From assembly GCF_000002075.1 (NCBI RefSeq), contig NW_004797358.1, positions 1,433,825 to 1,497,824 of the forward strand: a stretch of DNA of 64,000 bases, given 5' to 3'. The translations under genes and the position numbers were made by a program. Source of the stretch: Aplysia californica. Its lineage: Eukaryota. The first letter of the stretch is position 1. Each line of letters begins with the position of its first letter. Shown piece after piece: positions 56,101 through 64,000 of this stretch. Below the pieces are notes generated by a model. It did not search any database. It saw only the letters and a program-made list of their open reading frames with translations, and had not been told where the DNA came from.

Positions 56101-59100
56101 GACTGTAAATAACGGGCATTTCCTTTTGATTCCAAGAAATTGCCTCTGAGCCCCAGAGATAAGATGTTAATGCTGTTATAAGAAATTTAACGAAGCTGGT
56201 AACGAGTTAGATTTAAAATGTTCAGTAGTCAAGCGCTGATTTTTTTTTTACTTAAAAAAATCCAGAGTCAGTCCTCGTAAACACATGTATACATGCTGTT
56301 GATATCTTTGATTTTTATGCTGGGGTGCACCTTGTCTTTTTGAAACATTATAAATTAGTTCTAGAGTACTGGATGCTTGAAGAACCAGTGTCCAATTTCG
56401 TACACCATACTATCTCTGACAGTTCTTGTTTTGCTGATGCGATACAGGAAACACTTTCTCTTTTGTAGCGATAATAGCAGTGAAACTTATATTCTTGACC
56501 ACTAGAAGTAAAAAAATGATTGTAAACATTTTGCGTGACTATCGAAACTTTAGATAAATTTAGGAGACTTGCTGCTTTGATACTGCTTGTCTGGGTGTGC
56601 CAAAGCTGAGCGGAATTATTCATCTCAGTTGACAGATGGAGATACTCGATAAAGTAATTTCTCCATGACCCATTCTTAGTATAATTTATGTCTATGTGTT
56701 TTTTTGATTTTCAAAAGATAAAGTTGTATAGAATTTATTGTGAAAAAAATTTTCATTTATATTCAATGCTGATTTCATCACATGTCCTTCCTTTATTTTT
56801 CAGTTTTACAAGAAGAACCCCAGTATATGTTCAAAATAAAAGTTGTACCTCAAGATGCTGAAAATTTTCCTGACCATGCAAGTAAGTGTATTTATTTCTA
56901 ATATTTGTTCAATGTGTATTCAGTTCCCTTGTTTCTTTCTGGAAAAGTTAAAAACATATGCAGTTTCCCTTCTCTACCCTATGGTTTCCTCTGTACAATT
57001 TTATTTCCTCTTGATATAAGTTAAGAAGCCGTCTGTTTCTGGCTAGTTTTAGGCAGGAAAATATGTAACACATAGGTGCATTGTACAATTCAAAGTACAG
57101 ACCCACTCTCAAAGGCTGATTCCTTTGATTTTGATTTAAAAGTGCTTCCAGTAATGCACTTTTTTTTCATTTTGAAAGTTTTACCTGTTTACATCTGTAC
57201 ATTTAGTTTTTTTTCTGTCTGAACACTAAATACAGCTTGGGTGGGCTTAAAAAATTTACTGATTTACTGACTTAGTTGAAAATGTCAGATTTTTCTACGC
57301 ACTGGGAAGGTTGGATTTTTATTAAAAGGCAAATCTTGAAATGGAAGTGTTTTTCCTTTCTATCAGAAATTTGAGTCTTGTAACTTGAGCCTCTTTATCT
57401 GATGTACTAAACCACCCGCAGAGTGTTTTGCAACCACTGGTAATGGTTCTGTAACTAATATGTGACCAAATGTTTTGTTAAATCAGTGATGCAGATAATA
57501 GTGACTGATAGGAGACTGGAGAATAACAGCAAAGAAAGCCTTTAAGAAAAGAGATTGTCGACATAACAGTTTGTTTGGCAAGAGCAGGTGGATATGTGAA
57601 ATGTGGTATTTGTTTAATTTACTAAGGATGCAACACCTTTTGTGTGGCTGGTGAAGCAAATTTTCAAATGGATTTGTTATTATTGTGGTATATCGTTGTC
57701 TTAAGAATTGCTTAAATGTATTATTCGTGTTGTCACTTGAAAATTTAAAAATTCCACTCTAACCCTCACCCCATTCTTTACTTTCTTCTTCTCTGTTCCC
57801 CCACTTTATTTTGTCTAATGGGACTTTTCTTTCGTCAAAAAGAATACGGTTAATTTTTTTTCTTTGTGTTGTAGTGTCTGCAGAGATCCAGTTTTCTTAC
57901 ACCTCCGATTACCCAGACAGTGCTCCGCTTATAGAGTTTGTGTCTAATGACAACATGGACGATGGACAGCTAGATTCCCTCATGGATCTCATGAAGACTC
58001 AAGTAAGTCAGTTTAGTCAGTCATTGAGAGAGGGAGAGAGAGAGAGGGAATGATGGGGGATTTTTTTTTTGGGGGGGGGGAGAGTCTTTGTTGTAAATGG
58101 AAGGTATTTCTATCTTGGAATAGTAAAAGCAAAAACTTTCAACAAAGGCCAATGGATTCACATCGATTTGCTTGAAATGAATTGGGATTTACCAATGTGT
58201 TCAAAATTATATGTATTTACAATTACGGAATTACCCTACTCTTATCAAAGAATTCAGTCTGATTTAGAGGCATTATACTGTAGGCATAAAAAAAAAAAAA
58301 TTGTAAAAAATATGTCATTGTCACATCCATAAATCGAGTACGTCACATTAATGAAAAAAAATATATGGAAGAAAATCAAGGGAAGTAACCAACAGAGGAT
58401 TAAGTTTTCTTCTCTCTGGCATCATGAAAAGTTCCTGGTATTGATAAAAAGAATAGAAGAATGGATAATGAATACATCTTGTTTGGTGTTAAAGCAAAAG
58501 AAATGTAATCAACACTGGTGAGAACACGCCACTCACCCCTCCGATCCATTCCTTTATATTCAAACAACCACGCACACAATGGAACACTCATTTGCACACA
58601 AACACCAACATAATTCACACTCCGTATGGCCCAGCAAAGCACCACTCTGTCTGTCTTCAATCACACCTAACCGCCCAGCACCCATCCTCATGTGACTAGA
58701 TTTTTAAAAGTTCTAGCACCTTATGCACAATGCAAGTAAGTTACGGTATCGCTTTTCGATACCAGAATCATGCTGTGTGGCGGTGAGTCTGGTGAGCTCA
58801 TGTTACCTAATAACAGTACTCACACTTGGGGATTTGAATTTAAGACAATTGTGTGGAACAGTTTGATCAGGTTTTTCGAATGAGCTGTTTGACACCCACG
58901 TGGGTGTTAAAAAATCTAGTGCTGCCAATACAAAGAAATTATAACTATGTAGTCGGGAAATGGCGTATTGTTTGATTTGTCCATGAAGTTGAGTTTTGCG
59001 TGTTGGAACTATCTGTGCTCGCCTGTAGTATTGTATGTGACTTGATGATGTCTGACATAACACTTTTTGTTCTTGTCAGACATTTTCTTAATGTAGGTCA

Positions 59101-60470
59101 CATTTGTTAGTACTGCTATGTCATTGGTTGTTTTTCTTTTTTGGTGTATTTTCAGGCAGAGGAAAATTTAGGAATGGCAATGATTTTCACCCTTATTTCT
59201 GCTGTACAAGAACACATGACTGACATGATGGAGAAAGCAGCGAAAGACAAGGTGGAAGCGGAGGAAAGACGAGTGAGGGAAGAGGAGGAAGCAGAAAGAG
59301 TAAGTGCAATTTGTTTTATAGCCTAAGGTCATGTTTAATTATAATTTTTATGCTGAGGAAAAATTTTCAGAGGGTGTGTTTCTGGATTGACTTAGTTTCT
59401 TTGTTTGTTTGGGGTTCTTTTTGGCTTTTTACTGTGAAAAAGTATGGTTTATGCAGAATTTTCCTAATGTTTGTGTGTGTGTACAAATACTGATGACCTA
59501 TGGTACCAAATTTTTTCCACTTTCATGTGTAACCTGATTTTTTTTTTTTAGTGGATGAGTGGTGTTATTCTTCAGTCATTTAATGTTACTTTAAATGATG
59601 TTTATGTCTGCTTTACTTTAAAATCAAAGATGGGACACATCATGTATTTTGTCTTTGTCCTTATATATATATATTATTATGTGTTTTTGCTTTGTTCCAT
59701 TTTCACAGAAACGATTTGAAGGCACAAGAGTAACAGTGGAAACATTCATGGCATGGAAATTGAAATTTGATGCTGAAATAGCAGAAATGAGAAGACTGAA
59801 AGGCTATGATGACAGTGCTGCTAAAAAGCCTACTGGTAAAAAAGCCTTACAAATGTTTACTTTGTGGATGGTTGGTGGGTGCTCTGGTGTGGTTGGCTCA
59901 TAAGAGTTTTATGGCACTTGCAACACCATAGGGCCCAATTAAAAAGTTATGAAAGTGCCAAAAATTAGAGGAATACATACCAGAACTTCCGCCAACCACC
60001 CACCAGTCATTAAACGGCTCCCGTTATACTGCCACCATGCTAATCATTATGTTTTTTTCAATGTACCTAAAAGAATGCCTGTATATAAACATACTATTTG
60101 CCCCTTTAAACCAAATGTGATGCACACAAACACAAACATAATTCACACAACATACAGCCCAATGAGCCCCATACTGTCTATCTTCGATCACACCTGTCCA
60201 CCCAGCACCCATCCTCATTTGACTAGATTCAAAGAAGTTCTAGCAGCTTACACACACTACAGATAAGGTTGTAAGGTCCTTGAAACCACTTGTGTAAATT
60301 TGCTCCGCCTTATCACTAAACATAGAGTACTGCATCTGCTCAGCAGCTGAGCAGTAATATAATATATAAGTCCCTCCCAAGCCTTGTCGTGTACCATACA
60401 ATAGATTTCAGGCATTTAACAAGTAGCGTCTGATCCAGCAGTGCATGTAAAATGCTCTCTCACACACATG

Positions 60471-60510
<40 letters not shown>

Positions 60511-63215
60511 GAGAGAGGGTGAGAGAGAGAGAGAGATCTAAGTACAACTTTTCAAACACAGATCGCACTGCATAGAATGTAGATTTCTTCCTTTGATAAA
60601 CCACACCAGCCAATTGCATTTTGAGTTCAAAGTGGATTCTTAAGTGTATTTCAATTTTTTGACAGGATCCGAGGCATGCAGATTATGGAGGAAAAATTCT
60701 GTTATAATGAAATGAATTCTTAAGACAGACAGGGTTCTTGTGTCGAGTGTTTTTATGTGGAAATTATTGTATATATAAATAATTAAATGACTAGTTTATT
60801 AAACACGTCAAACATGTTATCAAGATAATAATCCCATTTTTCTGTTGTTTGGGGGGTGGCGCTATTTGGTGTTCAGTTTTATCGTTACTGCCACTTTAAG
60901 GGTTAAGAAACTTCCACTGTCAGCTTTCACTTTCAGATAGCTATGGTCAAGAGTGAGAAACAGTCCAATCTGAAAAAGACATGGGTCTGGTCGCCTAAAA
61001 TGTGTAATTATCCATTGTTGGTGCTTTTTTGCCTACATATTTGCCATGGATCTTTATAGTGTACCCTATTTAAGGTCAACTTTGATGAAACTAATTAAGA
61101 AAGTGAAATTTTAGCACATTCCAGTGCTTGATTTAAAAGCATTTTGATCTCTTTTCGACAGGTAAAGCGCTTTTCCTATCAGATAACACCATGAACGATT
61201 CTGACGTGAAATTCCTTCAAGCTGGTGAGTTCTGGAATCTCTGTGTTTGCCTTCTAATTGTCTTGTCTTTATCTTGCCATCAGTCACATTGTACTTAAAC
61301 GACAGAGTGATTTTGATGTTTGCGCTGCTCTTTCTCACTTAAGAAAAACCTTTGCGCATGTCAAACATCTGCCCTTATCTATCTTTTCCTTTGTCTTTGT
61401 TGTCCATCTCCATCAAATTCCTTCAGCAACTGATGAGTGAGGTGGCAGCTGACTTTGGGACTTCTGTGGCATTCCCACAGAGACAAAATTGAAAGTCTAC
61501 AGTTCTGTTGTCGTCCCAACCCTGTTGTTCGTGGCTGAGACTTGGACAGTGTACCAAAGCCATACCAAGAAGCTTGATCCACTTGAAATGTCTCAGGAGA
61601 ATTCTTGGCATGAAATGGCAGGACAAAATACTAGACACCCAAGTTCTGAAAGAGGCAAATGTCAAGAGTCTTTAAGCTCAAAAGTACTCAAAGTTGCGGG
61701 CCTGGCAATGTCGCAGGAATTTCTTGATTTCAGAATCCCAAAGGTAGTATTCTATTCTAAGCTGTTCTCAGGGAAACGTATAGCTGGTGCACCTAAAAAC
61801 ACTACAAAGGCCCCCTGAAAAGGTCTCTGAAGATCTTCAACATTAATCCCTTGACATGGGAGAGTATAGCTCCTGACAGACCAGTTGGAGAAAAACAATC
61901 ACAGAGGGCAGCAAATTATAAGAGGCTTCATGAATTAGAAAGGCTGAAGTCAAGAGAGAAACTGGCAAGCATTGTATTGGCCTTTATAAATATAATCTTG
62001 TTCAAAGCAGGATATCCTAGTAGATATCTGTAATCTGTTTTCTCTCCCCCTTTTCCCACTCTCCTGCAAAGCAATGTTATGTGGAGGCATTCTTTCAAAT
62101 GTTTGTTTGCCTGAAATGTTTTGAAATAGGGTTCACGGTTGGCATGTGTCAATTTGCTGTTTTAAAAAATTATTATTTTTACATATATAGGTTCTTTTAT
62201 GCCCCCTATTGTCACAATTTATATCAAATAGAGAGGCTGGCTTCTCACCCTGTCTGTCAGGGCCATCTCGGGCTAATAGGATCAACACCCCCGCGGAAAG
62301 ACCATGATAATTTCTCCGCACTCGTGAATTGAACTTGGGTATCCTGTGTACGACAGTAAAGTGCCTAACCACTACGCTATAGATGCTGGTATTTTGTTGT
62401 TCAAAGAGGGACATCCCATAGCACATGGATAAAAAAAAGACCTTCAGCTGTCTTGAAGGCTGTTCTTTGTTTGACAGCTTGTATTCTGCTTCTTACAAGA
62501 CGGGGGGGTGGGGGGATAAGAGAAAGGGCAGTGTGAAACTAATGGAATATTGTGTTGATGGATTTCAAGGCTGATTCAGTCTTTTTATATATATATATAT
62601 TGCATATCATTCTTATGTATATATGTGCCCATGAGCACATTAGTTAGGTCTCTTCCATCAAAAGAAGTTATGAACCCGATCTGAAAAAATAAGACGTCTG
62701 CATTAATTTTTTTTTCCCACACTGCAACTTTAGTCATTGAATGTCTTACTTTTCTAAAAACAAATTAATTTGCAGTCAGTAATAAACTAGAGTCAACAAA
62801 TTATTGTTCTTTTTATATATAGTATAATGGATCATGGTGCACTTTTGCACTAATTGAGTTAAAATGGTACCGGTAAGTCAGTCTACCGAGCAGAAGCTCT
62901 TGAAAAACACTTTTCAAAATACACATTGATGGCAGATGCGGAGTTGTTGAAGCTGAATAGAGAATACTTTAAAAAAAATTTCATGAACATAAGATGGTGC
63001 AAAATCCTTACCATACTTATTTTTCTTCTTTTCGTTCTTTGCCTCTTTGATATTCAAAATAAAACTTACATCTCTCATGATTTTTATTTTCAGAGGGGGA
63101 CACATTGGAAGTTGACGAATCTTTGTTTGAAAACATGGGTGATCTTGATTTGGATGATGATTTTGATGATGATGACGATGATGATCCAGACTATACACCA
63201 GGGGATGATGATTGA
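50107..63215 (+). CDS. RWDD1: RWD domain-containing protein 1 (DFRP2, DRG2 partner), 244 aa: join(50107..50179,56804..56881,57875..58002,59156..59299,59709..59835,61162..61224,63094..63215)
   Basis: MTDYAEDQKNEIEALQSIYPDE; RWD YPxxxP motif (YPDSAP); AEENLGMAMIFTLISAVQE; FEGTRVTVETFMAWKLKFDAE; TGKALF; EVDESLFENM and acidic tail. All introns GT-AG and in phase. Confidence 0.96.
50373..51690. mobile_element. pogo/Tigger-like MITE copy A (RWDD1 intron 1)
   Basis: CAGTCGAAC.. / ..GTTTGACTG termini; subterminal AGACGGCCAC repeats. Confidence 0.75.
51693..52999. mobile_element. pogo/Tigger-like MITE copy B, inverted relative to A
   Basis: Shares the TA at 51691-51692 with copy A; reverse-complement homology. 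Confidence 0.75.
53422..54241. mobile_element. pogo/Tigger-like MITE copy C
   Basis: TA TSD; same orientation as B. Confidence 0.8.
54560..54650 (+). repeat. Degenerate CCCTAA/CCCTAC telomere-like tract
   Basis: ccctaaccttacccctaccctacccctacc...cctaacccc; similar opposite-strand tract ~44700-44790. Confidence 0.55.
56804..56881 (+). CDS. RWDD1: RWDD1 exon 2
   Basis: 78 nt, CAG/GTAAGT; (I)LQEEPQYMFKIKVVPQDAENFPDHA. Confidence 0.88.
57875..58002 (+). CDS. RWDD1: RWDD1 exon 3
   Basis: 128 nt, TAG/GTAAGT. Confidence 0.92.
59156..59299 (+). CDS. RWDD1: RWDD1 exon 4
   Basis: 144 nt, CAG/GTAAGT. Confidence 0.94.
59709..59835 (+). CDS. RWDD1: RWDD1 exon 5
   Basis: 127 nt, CAG/GTAAAA. Confidence 0.92.
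61162..61224 (+). CDS. RWDD1: RWDD1 exon 6
   Basis: 63 nt, CAG/GTGAGT; GKALFLSDNTMNDSDVKFLQA. Confidence 0.9.
61320..61975 (+). mobile_element. RTE-type LINE 3' fragment in RWDD1 intron 6
   Basis: KVYSSVVVPTLLFVAETWTVY...RIPKVVFYSKL..GKR..GAP. Confidence 0.7.
62235..62388 (-). mobile_element. Degenerate tRNA-headed SINE
   Basis: Minus-strand TAGCGTAGTGGTTAG (A box) and AGTTCAATTC (B box). Confidence 0.45.
63094..63215 (+). CDS. RWDD1: RWDD1 exon 7 (last coding)
   Basis: 122 nt including TGA 63213-63215. Confidence 0.92.
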
Positions 63216-63902
63216 TGTACCTTCTGACGAATATGGAGGCAGTGAATGGTGGTGACAGGATAATGTGAATGTGTGAAATGTAAAGACATTGTTTGAGAGT
63301 TGTAATGACTGCACATAAATGGAAAATATTTGAGACAGTCTTTTTTTGTGCGAATGTTGATTGAGCATTTATTTTGAATGCAGCATTTGTGCCTTGTGAT
63401 GAGAAATGTAAACTGTTTATTTGATGTAGGCCTATGTATGGATGCTATTGAGTGAGAAATTGTCTTAAACAAAGAAATGTTACTTGTGGCAGGTATTGGG
63501 CATAAACTTGACGTGTCAGAGAAACATGTTTTTGTTGCCATTGCATTTGGCTTTGCCACTTGTGTTGACACATGGTAACTGCTGAGGAGCGTGAGAAATG
63601 TGCTAACAGAGCTTTTATCGGTGAATAAGTACCCAGACTAGATCTAGCTGGTTTTGCACTCAACACCTTTGTTGTGTTGAAGAATCTTTAAAAAAACTTT
63701 TGTTTTTTTAAAACATATTTTTTTAAAATAGAAGAAAGATTGCAGAAACCTTAAAGAACATTTGTATTTGAAAAAGGTTCTCATCCCTAAATGCTGAATT
63801 CAGTGATCCTGGCTTCTTTTTTTCCTTCTTTAATTACTTCTTTAATTACTTTTGAAGTATGAACCCTATACCACTGATGTGTGCGCTTCCCTGTCTGTTG
63901 TC

Positions 63903-63908
63903 AATAAA
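63903..63908 (+). terminator. Likely RWDD1 polyadenylation signal
   Basis: AATAAA ~690 nt after the stop, followed by a T/GT-rich tract. Confidence 0.6.
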
Positions 63909-64000
63909 AGTCATAGTTTTGCTCGTACAAATGGCATAGTTTATTAATTTTTATTGTTTTGTTCTTTTACTTGTATTTTCCCCGACACGGGCACATCCTC

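Noticed and set aside
62914-63255. His-rich and hydrophobic ORFs near 63.1 kb
   Set aside because: Alternative frames or antisense of the (GAT)n Asp-rich RWDD1 last exon

Overview
Eukaryotic (invertebrate animal, probably mollusc-like, inferred from SINE/TE families) genomic window with four N gaps. Three spliced protein-coding genes were reconstructed by hand with GT-AG boundaries and consistent phases. (1) A minus-strand, 8-coding-exon, 329-aa proline iminopeptidase of the bacterial/plant S33 type (11328-30612). (2) Minus-strand TRAPPC3/BET3 (180 aa, 38742-49546). (3) Plus-strand RWDD1 (244 aa, 50107-63215), head-to-head with TRAPPC3 across ~560 bp. The rest is dense, often nested TE sequence: an intact Mag/Steamer-like Ty3/Gypsy element with identical LTRs, an RT-deleted Gypsy with near-identical LTRs, RTE-like and RNase H-bearing (I-group) LINE remnants, a Tc1 remnant, pogo/Tigger-, Harbinger-, piggyBac- and Ginger-like MITEs, a tRNA/Meta-domain SINE, and a ~385-bp retroposon with a fixed non-tRNA 5' end. 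Most notable observations: the intron-rich microbial-type peptidase with altered active-site residues, the very young Steamer-like insertion inside it, the TRAPPC3-RWDD1 divergent pair, retroposons sharing one 3' hairpin tail, a MITE-built palindrome in RWDD1 intron 1, and strong enrichment of TAG-NN-CTA palindromes. No clearly novel multi-gene system could be demonstrated from sequence alone.
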